The position numbers and the translations under genes were made by a program. A stretch of DNA of 64,000 bases from Candidatus Avelusimicrobium faecicola (lineage in GTDB: Bacteria > Elusimicrobiota > Elusimicrobia > Elusimicrobiales > Elusimicrobiaceae). Within the stretch, counting starts at the first letter, position 1, and every line of letters starts with the position of its first letter. The notes under the pieces were generated by a model that saw only the letters and a list, made by a program, of their open reading frames with translations, was not told the origin of the DNA and did no database searches. Location: positions 28,690 through 92,689 of the forward strand of contig JAJWNA010000002.1 of assembly GCA_021636085.1 (NCBI GenBank). The letters are read 5' to 3'. Below, piece by piece: positions 48,574 through 58,783 of the stretch.

Positions 48574-51033
48574 TTATAGTATTTCTAGGGGAGCGAATTT
48601 GAGCATAAAGGTCCTCCGCACCCCATTTCCAAACACCACGGTCACTTTGGCGCTTTCGCCGGAGCCGGCAATCTGCACGATTTTGCCTTGCCCGAAAACG
48701 CCGTGTTTCACGAGGCCGCCGACGGCCACGCCGTCCGCATTTTTTTGTGCGGGCGCGGCAGGGGCGGGCTTGTTAAAAGCCGGAGCCGAAGAAGCCGGGC
48801 GGGAATACAAACTGCCTAGGCCCGAAGAGCCACGCGGGGACGTATAGTCCAAATCGTCGTTGTCTTCAATTTCGTAGCCGTGGCTGTCGTATTTCTTTTG
48901 GAAACGGCTGGCGGCGGCGTAGCCTTCAAAATCGTTCCCGCGGCCGGAGCCGAAGTTGTTGCGGCCTTTCCAATAGCCGTTGCCGTAATGTCCGCCGGAG
49001 TACCCGCCGGACGAGGTACCGCCGTATACGCCAAAACGGCCTTTATAATCGGTATACCGCGGTTGTTGGGCAAGGCGTTCTTCGCGTTCGCTTTCGTCCA
49101 ACAAGCCACACTCGTACAAAAAGCGGGACGGCACGTTGGTATGGGTCTGCCCGAATTTGCGGCGGCTTTGCGCATACGTCATGTAGAGTTTTTCGCGCGC
49201 GCGGGTCATGGCTACATAACACAGGCGGCGCTCTTCTTCCAACTCATCTTCGTCGTCTTTGGCAATCGGGAACAACCCTTCTTCCATGCCCGTCACAAAC
49301 ACGTTGTTAAATTCCAACCCTTTGGCTAAGTGTACCGTCATCAGCGTGACGGCTCCGCCCTCTCCGGCGGCGGAATTATCTTCGCCGGATAAAAGGGAAA
49401 TTTCCTGTAAAAAGTCGGATACGGACGGCTCTTTTTCCCCTTTTTGGCACCGTTCTTCATATTCTTTGACGGCGTTGACTAACGCATCCAAGTTCTGCAA
49501 GCGGCTTTCGGCTTCCGGGTCTTTTTCCATTTCCGCACGCACAGCGGCCAAATAGCCGGATTCCTGCAAAATTTTATTAAAAATATCCGCCGGGGCGGTC
49601 AGCAGCATATCCTGCCGCCAACCGTCAAACAGTTTAGCCAAATTCAGCGCGGCTTTGCACGCGACGGAACTAAGCCCCCCCACATACGGGGCTTGGCGCA
49701 AGGCTTCATACAGCGGGATTTGTTTTTCCTCCGCGTATGCGCTCAAACGGTCCTGCGCCACTTTGCCCAGGCCGCGCGTGGGCGTATTGATAATGCGCAG
49801 TAAACTCACGTTATCGGCCGGGTTGATTAAAATGCGGGCATAGCACAAAATATCTTTAATTTCTTTACGGTCATAGAAGCGCAACGTACCAATCAGGCGG
49901 TACGGGATTTGGTAGCGGCGGAACGAGTCTTCAAAACTGCGGCTCTGGGCGTTGGTGCGGTAAAATACGGCAATATCTTTCAGGCTGGCGCCGTCTTCTT
50001 CCACCAACTGCCGGATATGCTGGCTGACCCAGCGGGCTTCTTCGCCCTCCGTCAGCAGTTCGCGCACTTCTATCGGGTCGCCGGAGGCTTTATCCGTAAA
50101 CAAGCTCTTTTCTTTGCGTTTTTTGTTTTTGGTAATCAGCTTGTTGGAGGCTTCCAAAATTACTTTGGTGGAGCGGTAATTTTGCTCCAATGTAATGGTT
50201 TTGGCGTCCTTAAAATCTTTTTCAAATTCCAAAATGTTGCGGATGTTGGCCCCACGCCAAGAATAAATGCTCTGGTCCGGGTCCCCCACCACACACAATT
50301 TGCGGTGTTTGGCGGCCAACATGCGGGTAATCATATATTGGGTATGGTTGGTGTCCTGGTATTCGTCCACCAGTACATATTGGAAAAGGTCTTGGTAATA
50401 ATTTTTGATGTCCTCATGGTCACGCAACAGCTCCACGGTTTTAACCAACAAATCCCCAAAGTCCAGCGCGCCGGCGGCTTTTAGGCGTTGTTCGTATTTT
50501 TTATACACTTCCGCCGCGCGGATTTTATAATCCAGGCCCGAGGCGGTGGCGGATTGCATCATGGTATCGGGCGAAACCAGGTCATCTTTGGCGCGGGAAA
50601 TGAGCGAAACAATTTGGTTGATTTCCTTTTTGGGGTCTTTAATACCCATTTGCTCTAAAATCAGGCTGACTACCTTTTTTTGGTCGCTGTCATCATAAAT
50701 GGCAAAATCGCGCGTGAGGCCCAATTTTTCGGCGTGTTGGCGGAGCATTCTAACGCCCATGGAGTGAAACGTATGTATCCACACGCGGCGCCCCGCGCCC
50801 GGCTCCAGGGCCTCCACACGCTCGCGCATTTCCTGCGCGGCTTTGTTGGTAAATGTGACCGCCAAAATGCGCGACGGATTATAGCCGTCTTCAATCAGTT
50901 TGGCAATTTTGGTGGTAAGGGTTTTGGTTTTACCCGTGCCGGCACCGGCTACAATCAGGCAGGGCCCGCCGTCATAATTTACAGCTTCCAACTGTTGGGG
51001 ATTTAAGGATTTAAGAGAATCTTGTAAAGTCAT
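48574..51033 (-). CDS. ATP-dependent DNA helicase PcrA/UvrD with Gly/Tyr-rich low-complexity segment before a C-terminal Tudor-like domain
   Basis: Helicase motifs I (GAGTGKTKTL), II (VDEYQDTN) and the remaining SF1 motifs. The C-terminus GGTSSGGYSGGHYGNGYW... is followed by GGLVKHGVFGQGKIVQI. Confidence 0.85.
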   Translation of the reverse strand: MTLQDSLKSLNPQQLEAVNYDGGPCLIVAGAGTGKTKTLTTKIAKLIEDGYNPSRILAVTFTNKAAQEMRERVEALEPGAGRRVWIHTFHSMGVRMLRQHAEKLGLTRDFAIYDDSDQKKVVSLILEQMGIKDPKKEINQIVSLISRAKDDLVSPDTMMQSATASGLDYKIRAAEVYKKYEQRLKAAGALDFGDLLVKTVELLRDHEDIKNYYQDLFQYVLVDEYQDTNHTQYMITRMLAAKHRKLCVVGDPDQSIYSWRGANIRNILEFEKDFKDAKTITLEQNYRSTKVILEASNKLITKNKKRKEKSLFTDKASGDPIEVRELLTEGEEARWVSQHIRQLVEEDGASLKDIAVFYRTNAQSRSFEDSFRRYQIPYRLIGTLRFYDRKEIKDILCYARILINPADNVSLLRIINTPTRGLGKVAQDRLSAYAEEKQIPLYEALRQAPYVGGLSSVACKAALNLAKLFDGWRQDMLLTAPADIFNKILQESGYLAAVRAEMEKDPEAESRLQNLDALVNAVKEYEERCQKGEKEPSVSDFLQEISLLSGEDNSAAGEGGAVTLMTVHLAKGLEFNNVFVTGMEEGLFPIAKDDEDELEEERRLCYVAMTRAREKLYMTYAQSRRKFGQTHTNVPSRFLYECGLLDESEREERLAQQPRYTDYKGRFGVYGGTSSGGYSGGHYGNGYWKGRNNFGSGRGNDFEGYAAASRFQKKYDSHGYEIEDNDDLDYTSPRGSSGLGSLYSRPASSAPAFNKPAPAAPAQKNADGVAVGGLVKHGVFGQGKIVQIAGSGESAKVTVVFGNGVRRTFMLKFAPLEIL

Positions 51034-51097
51034 TTTTACTTCCTAAACAGACAAAATGGGGCGGCCCGAATAAATGCCGCCCTTTCTAAAGGAGCCG

Positions 51098-52318
51098 CTA
51101 TTTCAGTTCCATTTGCACCAGCGTTTCTATATGTTCGCTATGCGGGAAGAAATCAAACGCTTCCACCCCTACCAGGTTGTAGTATTGGGTGAAAGTTTTT
51201 AACTCGTTAGCCAGCGTGACGGGGTTGCAGGAAATATAAAGCACGTTTTTCACGCCGGACTCAGCCACCGCTTTAACCGCTTTGGGGTGCATACCGCCGC
51301 GGGGCGGGTCCAAAATAATCAGCGCGTCCTTTTTTTCAATGGGTTGCTGTTTTACAAAATCTTCCACGCGGGAGCAGAAAAACTGCACATTTTTTACCCC
51401 GTTGATTTTGGCATTTTCCAACCCGTTGTAAATAGCCGGGGCCACGCTTTCCACGCAAATACTTTTTTGGCACAAATCCGCACAGGAAAGGCTGAAACTG
51501 CCGGCCCCGCCGTATAAATCATAAATCATTTTAGGGGCGATTTTTTTAACCAGGCCGCGCACGCGGGAATACATCTTTTGCGCCGTTTTGGTGTTGGTTT
51601 GAAAGAACGACTGCGGGGATAACTTAAACAACACTTCCCGCTCCGTCTTTCCGGCCCCGTCCGTCAGCAGGATTTTTTCCACAAAAGAGTCCTGCCCTTT
51701 TAATACTTTCAGGCTTTCCGGCGCGGCGGTATCAGCCAGGCCGTTGTTGACGGCAGACATAATGTTAAACGTGGGAAACACGCTTTCCACCGCCGCCACA
51801 AAAGTTTTTTCGTTAAAATCGTTCGTCACAAACAGCACGACCATCCCTTCGCCGGTGTTTTTGCCCTCGCGCACCATTAAATGGCGCAAAACGCCGGTAT
51901 GCTTGCGTTGGTCGTAATACTCCAACCCTTCCGCCGCGGCCCAGGCGCGCACCGCTTTTAATAACGGGATAAGTTTTTCGTTAAACAAAAAACATTCTTC
52001 AATATCAACGGCCCTATCCCATTTGCCTTTTAACTTAAACCCCAGGGCTTGTTCAAACACCAGGGGACGCGTTTTGTTGGCCGGGTCTTTTTTATTGTAG
52101 TTAGGGTCCCATTTTACCTGGTGGCAAAACCCCAATTCCACTTTATTGCGGAAGTACACCGGGTTATCCGTCAGCGTGACGGGAATTTCCGCCGTCCAAA
52201 ACGGTTGCAACAATTCCGCCAGTTTCGCGCGTTTGCGGGCCACTTGCTCCGTATACGGCAAGTCCAGTAAGGCGCAGCCGCCACATTCCTTAAAATGTTT
52301 ACACGTTAATTTACACAT
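51098..52318 (-). CDS. class I SAM-dependent RNA m5U methyltransferase (RlmC/RlmD/TrmA family) with N-terminal 4-Cys cluster
   Basis: N-terminal CX5CGGC motif and a C-terminal MTase fold (DLYGGAGSF, ILDPPRGG). Confidence 0.7.
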   Translation of the reverse strand: MCKLTCKHFKECGGCALLDLPYTEQVARKRAKLAELLQPFWTAEIPVTLTDNPVYFRNKVELGFCHQVKWDPNYNKKDPANKTRPLVFEQALGFKLKGKWDRAVDIEECFLFNEKLIPLLKAVRAWAAAEGLEYYDQRKHTGVLRHLMVREGKNTGEGMVVLFVTNDFNEKTFVAAVESVFPTFNIMSAVNNGLADTAAPESLKVLKGQDSFVEKILLTDGAGKTEREVLFKLSPQSFFQTNTKTAQKMYSRVRGLVKKIAPKMIYDLYGGAGSFSLSCADLCQKSICVESVAPAIYNGLENAKINGVKNVQFFCSRVEDFVKQQPIEKKDALIILDPPRGGMHPKAVKAVAESGVKNVLYISCNPVTLANELKTFTQYYNLVGVEAFDFFPHSEHIETLVQMELK

Positions 52319-53384
52319 TGAGCTTAAACAGGCAGACGTCGCCGTCCTTTACAATATAGTCCTTCCCTTCGGAGCGCACCAGGCCGTGTTCTTTGAGGGC
52401 CTTTTCGCTCCCGTACTTCATTAAATCGTCAAAAGTGTATACTTCGGCGCGGATAAAGCCTTTTTCAAAATCACTGTGGATTTTGCCCGCCGCCTGCGGA
52501 GCCGTACACCCTACCGGAATCAGCCAACTGCGCACTTCCACTTCGCTCCCGGCGGTAAAATAAGTACACAGGTGCAAGAGTTTCATACCCTCGCGCACGA
52601 TTTTTTCCAGGCCCGTATAATCACTGCCGGTTTCTTCCAAAAAGGCGTGTTTTTCTTCGTCGGAAAATTCCGCAATTTCCGCTTCAAACTTCACGCAAAG
52701 CTCCACAAACCCGGCGCCGGTTTCCTGCGCGTATTTGGCCACCTTTTCGGCATTGGCTACGTTGCGTTTTTCGGAATTGTTCCCCACATACAGTACCGGT
52801 TTGGCGGTTAAAAATTGGTATTCTTTCAGCTGTTCCGGCTCCAACCCCAAGGCCGCCACCGGCTTGCCGTTTTCCAGCGCCTCTTTAATGGATTTCATGG
52901 TTTCATAGGCTGCCACGGCATCTTTTTTGCCGCTTTTGGCGTTGGAGGCCAAGCGGTCGCAAATTTTGGAGGCCGTTTCCAAATCCGCCAGCATCAGCTC
53001 CGTATTGATAATTTCAATATCGCGCAGCGGGTCCACGGAGTTCATCACGTGCGTGACGTTTTCGTCTTCAAACAAGCGCACCACATGGATAACGGCGTCC
53101 ACCTCGCGGATGTTGGCCAAAAACTTATTGCCCAAGCCTTCCCCTTTGCTGGCCCCTTTTACAATACCGGCAATATCCACAAATTTAATAAAAGCGGCTG
53201 TTTTTTTAGGCGGATTAAACAGCTTAAACAACGCATCTAACCGTTTATCCGGAATCGGCACAATCCCCACGTTGGGTTCAATGGTGCAAAACGGATAGTT
53301 GCTTGCTTCCGCCCCGGCTTGCGTCAGCGCGTTAAACAAAGTGGATTTGCCTACGTTGGGCAGACCTACGATACCAATTTCCAT
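52311..53384 (-). CDS. ychF: ribosome-binding ATPase YchF
   Basis: GIVGLPNVGKSTLFNALT and the C-terminal TGS domain, 357 aa. Confidence 0.9.
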   Translation of the reverse strand: MEIGIVGLPNVGKSTLFNALTQAGAEASNYPFCTIEPNVGIVPIPDKRLDALFKLFNPPKKTAAFIKFVDIAGIVKGASKGEGLGNKFLANIREVDAVIHVVRLFEDENVTHVMNSVDPLRDIEIINTELMLADLETASKICDRLASNAKSGKKDAVAAYETMKSIKEALENGKPVAALGLEPEQLKEYQFLTAKPVLYVGNNSEKRNVANAEKVAKYAQETGAGFVELCVKFEAEIAEFSDEEKHAFLEETGSDYTGLEKIVREGMKLLHLCTYFTAGSEVEVRSWLIPVGCTAPQAAGKIHSDFEKGFIRAEVYTFDDLMKYGSEKALKEHGLVRSEGKDYIVKDGDVCLFKLNV

Positions 53385-53506
53385 GTAAAATCTCCTTCAG
53401 GACAAATTTGCATATATAGGTATATTTTAGCATTTAACGCGCCAGCAAACCACGCCAAACCCTAAAACTATTTTGTATACTAAATAAAACAGTTTGCGGA
53501 GGACAC

Positions 53507-54145
53507 ATGCGTAAATTTTTATCTGTTCTGTTTTGCGGCACTTTACTGGCCGCACTTACCGGTTGCGGGGATAACGGCCTGTTCAAGCCGTTGCGGGAAC
53601 TTTCCGATAAATTAGCCCCCACGGCCGCCCAGAAAGCCATTGACCGCCAAAAAGCCGCCAGCGGCATTTCCGACGAAAGTTTCCTAAAAGTAGTGGCTAC
53701 CCAACCGCCGGAAGCTATTATCGCCATGCTTAATAAAGGGGCCGACCCGAACGCCCGGGATGCCCAGGGCCAAAGCGCTTTAGCCCTGTATTTGCAAACC
53801 AAATACCCGGATGCCGATACGGTGGATGCGTTCCTGCGGGCCGGGGCCGACGTAAACGCGCTGAACAGCAAGGGCGCCCCGCTGATTGCCAACGCCTGCG
53901 CCATCAGCCCGCGGCTTACGCAAATTTTACTGGCACACGGCGCTAAGGTGGACAGCGTTTACCCCAACGGCATGACCCCGCTGATGTACTGCGCCATTGC
54001 CGCCAACACGCCGGAAGCCGTACAGCTTTTAATACAAGCCGGGGCGGATACCGCGTATCAGGCGCCGAACGGTTGGACGGCTTACACGGTGGCCCAGCAA
54101 TACAACCGCAACCCGGCCGTTGCGCAAGTATTAGCTGCCTATTAA
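53507..54145 (+). CDS. ankyrin-repeat lipoprotein
   Basis: Lipobox LTGCGD, four or more ANK repeats (GADPNARDAQGQSAL..., GADVNALNSKGAPL...), and a GGAGG RBS. Confidence 0.75.
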   Translation: MRKFLSVLFCGTLLAALTGCGDNGLFKPLRELSDKLAPTAAQKAIDRQKAASGISDESFLKVVATQPPEAIIAMLNKGADPNARDAQGQSALALYLQTKYPDADTVDAFLRAGADVNALNSKGAPLIANACAISPRLTQILLAHGAKVDSVYPNGMTPLMYCAIAANTPEAVQLLIQAGADTAYQAPNGWTAYTVAQQYNRNPAVAQVLAAY

Positions 54146-54167
54146 GAAGCCTTTTTACCACAAACGC

Positions 54168-54197
54168 AAAACCCGCGCTCTAGGCGCGGGTTTTTTC
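54168..54197. terminator. bidirectional rho-independent terminator
   Basis: aaaacccgcgc-tctag-gcgcgggtttttt. It serves the ankyrin gene (+) and tRNA-Glu (-). Confidence 0.7.
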
Positions 54198-54205
54198 AAA
54201 TCGCA

Positions 54206-54279
54206 CGTCCCGTACGAGATTCGAACTCGTGGTCTCCGCCTTGAGAGGGCGGCGTCCTAGACCGCTAGACGAACGGGAC
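54206..54279 (-). tRNA. tRNA-Glu (anticodon CTC)
   Basis: Close to the E. coli tRNA-Glu scaffold (GTCCCnTTCGTCTAG...GGTTCGAATC). Anticodon loop CTCTCAA. Confidence 0.85.
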
Positions 54280-54426
54280 AACAGTTTTATTATATCATAT
54301 TGGACTAACCCATAAAAGGGTGCCGCAGTATATCCGCAAAAGGTTTATTTTTTATATAATTTTATACACACGGGTATTTTTATAATATCCGGCAATCCGG
54401 GGGAAACCCCTTATCAAGAGGAAACT

Positions 54427-55491
54427 ATGGAACTAGCCCTTTGGCAGACAGTGCTGTTGTCTTTGCTTATTGTTGTAGTGCTTTTTTTGCCGCTGACTAT
54501 TCACAAAGTAGAAGAAAATTTGGAAGCCTTCTTATTTTGCTGCGGTTTATTTGCCGTCACGGTGTCTAAAACGTGGAGCGGGCACCTGGTGCTTACCGCG
54601 CTGGAAGACCCCATTAAAATTACGGTAGCCGTTTTTGTAGCCGGCTTGCTGTTCCGCTATTTTAATAAACAACTGCAAAAACTGACACAAAAAGCCGTAT
54701 CCTTTATCGGTTTACGGGCCACGCTGTTTTTGATTGTATTTATTTTGGGGATGACCTCCAGTTTAATTACCGCCATTATCGCGGCACTTATTTTGTCCGA
54801 AGTGGTTATGATGCTCCCCCTCAACCGGGAAGGCCGTACCCGCATGGTGGTATTTACCTGTTATTCTATCGGTTTGGGCGCGGTGCTTACCTCTATCGGC
54901 GAGCCGTTGGGCACAGTGGTACTTTCCAAACTTTCCGGCGAGCCCCACAATGCGGATTTTTGGTTCTTAATTGAACATTTGGGTTGGTACATTTTGGGCG
55001 GCGTGGTGGTGATGTCCCTATTGGCCAGCTCCATCCGCGCGGACACCATTAAACACGCCCCCGGCGTAAAGGAAGAAGCCTCCGCCGCGGATGAACACTC
55101 CGTTAAGAGTATTGCCGTACGGGCCGGGAAAATTTACCTGTTTGTGATGGCGCTTGTATTTTTGGGCGACGGCTTAAAACCGTTGGCCGAAATTACCATC
55201 AAAAAATTGTCCGCCTCTTTCCTGTATTGGATTAATATGCTCTCCGCCGTGTTGGATAACGCCACCTTGGCCGCTATTGAGGTGACGCCGGACATCCACA
55301 CGCGGGAACTTACCTTCCTGCTGATGAGTTTGATTATTTCCGGCGGCATGCTGATTCCGGGCAACATTCCCAACATTATTTGTGCCTCCAAACTGGGCAT
55401 TAAAAGTAAAGATTGGGCCAAACACGCCTTGGGTATTGGCGGGGCTTTATTAATTGCCTACTTTATTATTTTGAGCGCGGTAGTTAAATAA
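54427..55491 (+). CDS. polytopic integral membrane protein of unknown function
   Basis: About ten hydrophobic helices and normal codon usage. No motif recognised. Confidence 0.5.
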   Translation: MELALWQTVLLSLLIVVVLFLPLTIHKVEENLEAFLFCCGLFAVTVSKTWSGHLVLTALEDPIKITVAVFVAGLLFRYFNKQLQKLTQKAVSFIGLRATLFLIVFILGMTSSLITAIIAALILSEVVMMLPLNREGRTRMVVFTCYSIGLGAVLTSIGEPLGTVVLSKLSGEPHNADFWFLIEHLGWYILGGVVVMSLLASSIRADTIKHAPGVKEEASAADEHSVKSIAVRAGKIYLFVMALVFLGDGLKPLAEITIKKLSASFLYWINMLSAVLDNATLAAIEVTPDIHTRELTFLLMSLIISGGMLIPGNIPNIICASKLGIKSKDWAKHALGIGGALLIAYFIILSAVVK

Positions 55492-55623
55492 ACCGCCGCT
55501 TGCTTGCTTTGCCGCACGCCTGAACGGGGCGTGCGGTTTTTTATTCTAACTACTTTTTGTGCAGACACCGGCGCTATTTTTTATATAATTTATTTATATA
55601 TATACAACCAGGGAGAGGGATTA

Positions 55624-58179
55624 ATGAAAATTCATTCTTTTAACGTACAGCCCAATTTGCCGGAAAGCATTAAATTTCTGGAAGAATTGGCTAATGATAT
55701 GTGGTTCACTTGGAATTGGCAGGCCATTTTGCTTTTTGTACAAGTAGACCCCAAACTTTGGACGGCCTCCAAACGCAACCCCAAATGGTTTTTGGGCTGC
55801 GTACCGCAAAAACGCTTTGAAGAACTCAGCAAAGACCCGGAATTTGTAGCCAACGTCAACCGGGTGAAAGAAGCCTATTACCAATACAAAAAAAATCCGC
55901 AAACGTGGTACCAGCAAAACCGCCGCGAAAACGGCAACCTGCTGACCGCGTATTTTTCCATGGAATACGGCATTGGCGAAGGCTTGCCGATTTATTCCGG
56001 CGGCCTGGGGATGTTGGCGGGCGACCATATTAAATCCGCCAGCGATATGGGCATGCCCATTATCGGCGTAGGTTTATTTTACAAACAAGGTTATGTGCGC
56101 CAAGTATTAAACCGCGAAGGCTGGCAAAACGAAGAATACCCGGATAACGACTGGGCCCACATGCCGGTTGAACGCGTGCAAGACAAAAACGGTAAAGATA
56201 TTACCGTGGATATTGAATTGGGGCAAGAACATGTAAAAGCCTGCATTTGGCGCGTACCCGTGGGGCGCACTTCGCTGTACTTATTGGATACCAACTTGCA
56301 GGAAAACACCCCGGCCCAACGCTTAATTACCGAAAAACTCTACGGCGGTGACCGCGAAAACCGCATCCGCCAGGAAGTAGTATTGGGTATCGGCGGCGTG
56401 AAAGCCTTGGCCGCGATGGGCATTAAACCCACCGTTTACCATATTAACGAAGGCCACAGCGCGTTTTTACTTTTCCAACGCATTATTGAAATTATGCAAG
56501 AAAAACACCTGTCTTTTGCCCAAGCACGCGAAATCGTCTGGGCCAGCTCGGTGTTTACCACGCACACCCCGGTTATTGCCGGCAACGAACATTTTGACCC
56601 CATGCTCGTGCGCAAATATATGGAATCTTACGCCGGCAAAATGGGCATTACCTGGGAAGAATTTTTGAATTTAGGCAAGGAATTACCCTCCTCCTCCACT
56701 TACTGCATGACGGTAGTGGCCTTGCGCTTAACGGCGTTTGCCAACGGCGTAGCCAAACTGCACGGCAAAGTAAGCCGGGAAATGTGGCAAAACCTCTGGC
56801 CTACCTTGCCCGTGGGCGAAGTGCCGATAACCAGCATTACCAACGGTATTCACAGCGCGTCCTGGATTTCCCACGAACTCAACGAACTGTACCGCAAATA
56901 CCTGTTCAATAACGACCAAATGGGCGAAATTGACGCCTCGGACACCAAAGCCTGGGATAAATTGGACGACATCCCCAATGCCGAACTTTGGCGCGTACAC
57001 ACGATTCGCAAGGAAAAACTGATTGATATGGCCCGCGGCCGCCTGCGCCGCCAACTCACCCGTCAAGGGTTAGACGTTATGACCGTCAACAAAGCGGGCA
57101 AAGTGCTTAAAAAAGACGTTTTAACCATTGGTTTTGCGCGCCGCTTTGCTACTTACAAACGCGCCACCTTGCTGTTTAAGAATTTGGACCGCCTGGACAA
57201 AATCGTCAACAATCCGCAACGCCCGGTGCAGTTCATTTTTGCGGGTAAAGCCCACCCGGCCGATACCCAGGGCAAAGAATTTATCAAAACCATTGTAAAT
57301 ATCGCCCAGAACGACCCGCGCTTCAAAAACAAAATTGTATTTGTGGAAGACTACAATATGAACACCGCCCGCTACATGGTGCAAGGGGTAGATGTGTGGC
57401 TCAACAACCCGCGCCGCCCCATGGAAGCCAGCGGCACGAGCGGTATGAAGGCAGCCTTAAACGGGGCGCTGACCCTGTCTATTTTAGACGGTTGGTGGGA
57501 TGAAGTGGGCCCGTGCGAATTTGGTTGGTCTATCGGCGGGGCGGAAAAATACGCCTCCGAGGCCGAACAAGACGCGGTGGAATCCGACGCGCTTTACAAC
57601 TTAATTGAGCAAGATATTGCCCCCGCGTATTACGCCAAAGGGGAAGACGGCATTTCTCTGCCGTGGCTCTCTTTAATGAAAGACTCCGTCAAACATATTG
57701 CGCCGTTCTTTAACACCAACCGCATGGTTAAAGAATATTACGAGCGCTTTTATGTGCCGGCCAACAACGCCGGGGCCGTATTGGCACAGGACGGCAAAGC
57801 CGCCCAAGTGGCCGATTGGCGCAAGAAAATTGCCGATAACTGGTACCGCGTAAACGTGGTGGATATTACCCCCAAACTGGAAACGCCTATTTTAATGGGC
57901 GATAAAGTGGCGTTCAAGGCCCGCGTTTTCTTGGGCAACCTGACCCCGGAAGACATCCAGGTGGAACTGTATTTAGGCCAACGCGGCTCTTTGGGTGACA
58001 TCGTTAAAGAAGACGCCGTGGATATGACCTGCACCGGCAAAGAAGGGGACGCTTATATTTACGAAGTGCAAGTTTCCCCCGTCAACAGCGGCCGCCAGGA
58101 CTATGCCCTGCGCGTTTTGCCCGCCAACAAAGATATTCCCAACGTGCTTACGCCGCTCTTTATCCGCTGGGAAGACTAA
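55624..58179 (+). CDS. glgP: alpha-glucan phosphorylase (GT35, DUF3417-type GlgP)
   Basis: Start is trimmed to MKIHSFNVQPNLPESIKFLEELANDMWFTWNW (DUF3417 N-terminus) behind an AGGGAGAGGGA RBS. The PLP-Lys region matches (GTSGMKAALNGALTLS). Confidence 0.8.
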   Translation: MKIHSFNVQPNLPESIKFLEELANDMWFTWNWQAILLFVQVDPKLWTASKRNPKWFLGCVPQKRFEELSKDPEFVANVNRVKEAYYQYKKNPQTWYQQNRRENGNLLTAYFSMEYGIGEGLPIYSGGLGMLAGDHIKSASDMGMPIIGVGLFYKQGYVRQVLNREGWQNEEYPDNDWAHMPVERVQDKNGKDITVDIELGQEHVKACIWRVPVGRTSLYLLDTNLQENTPAQRLITEKLYGGDRENRIRQEVVLGIGGVKALAAMGIKPTVYHINEGHSAFLLFQRIIEIMQEKHLSFAQAREIVWASSVFTTHTPVIAGNEHFDPMLVRKYMESYAGKMGITWEEFLNLGKELPSSSTYCMTVVALRLTAFANGVAKLHGKVSREMWQNLWPTLPVGEVPITSITNGIHSASWISHELNELYRKYLFNNDQMGEIDASDTKAWDKLDDIPNAELWRVHTIRKEKLIDMARGRLRRQLTRQGLDVMTVNKAGKVLKKDVLTIGFARRFATYKRATLLFKNLDRLDKIVNNPQRPVQFIFAGKAHPADTQGKEFIKTIVNIAQNDPRFKNKIVFVEDYNMNTARYMVQGVDVWLNNPRRPMEASGTSGMKAALNGALTLSILDGWWDEVGPCEFGWSIGGAEKYASEAEQDAVESDALYNLIEQDIAPAYYAKGEDGISLPWLSLMKDSVKHIAPFFNTNRMVKEYYERFYVPANNAGAVLAQDGKAAQVADWRKKIADNWYRVNVVDITPKLETPILMGDKVAFKARVFLGNLTPEDIQVELYLGQRGSLGDIVKEDAVDMTCTGKEGDAYIYEVQVSPVNSGRQDYALRVLPANKDIPNVLTPLFIRWED

Positions 58180-58197
58180 CCGAACCCTTATAAAAAA

Positions 58198-58238
58198 GGC
58201 CGGAACGATATGCAAATATCTTCCGGCCTTTTGTTTGG
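58198..58238 (+). terminator. rho-independent terminator after glgP
   Basis: aggccggaa...ttccggcct stem followed by tttgtttg. Confidence 0.6.
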
Positions 58239-58250
58239 AGTATGCAAACT

Positions 58251-58706
58251 ATGCTCAATATTGTACTTGTCAACCCGGAAATCCCCTTTAATACCGGCAA
58301 TATCGGCCGCTCCTGCGTGGCCACCGGCACCATGTTGCACCTGGTAGGAAAACTGGGTTTTAAGATAGAATCTAAAGAAATCCGCCGCTCCGGCCTGGAT
58401 TATTGGCCCAACCTCAACTACCGCCGCTATGCGGATTGGGAGGAATTTTTAGCCGTGAATCATCCGCAAGAAGAAAACTTATTCTTCCTTTCCACCAAAG
58501 GCACCAAAAGCTATTGGGATGCCCGCTTTGAAGATAACAGCTACCTGGTTTTCGGGGCGGAGTCTTGCGGGCTGCCGAAAGACTTTTACACACGCTACAA
58601 AGACCGCCTGTATACTATCCCCATGACGGGCCCGGTGCGCTCGCTAAATTTATCGTCTTCGGCGGCGGTGGTTTTATTTGAAGCGTTGCGCCAAAACCGC
58701 AAATAA
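58251..58706 (+). CDS. trmL: tRNA (cytidine/uridine-2'-O)-methyltransferase TrmL (SpoU/TrmH family)
   Basis: MLNIVLVNPEIPFNTGNIGR matches the TrmL N-terminus. SPOUT knot motifs are present. Confidence 0.8.
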   Translation: MLNIVLVNPEIPFNTGNIGRSCVATGTMLHLVGKLGFKIESKEIRRSGLDYWPNLNYRRYADWEEFLAVNHPQEENLFFLSTKGTKSYWDARFEDNSYLVFGAESCGLPKDFYTRYKDRLYTIPMTGPVRSLNLSSSAAVVLFEALRQNRK

Positions 58707-58733
58707 GTTTTCAGTAGTTAGCACATAATAAAA

Positions 58734-58763
58734 ACCCGCCTGCAACATACAGGCGGGTCTTTT
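58734..58763. terminator. bidirectional terminator between trmL and pilin-like gene
   Basis: acccgcctg-caacata-caggcgggt flanked by A and T runs. Confidence 0.6.
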
Positions 58764-58783
58764 ACAATAAGCCAAACAAAAGA

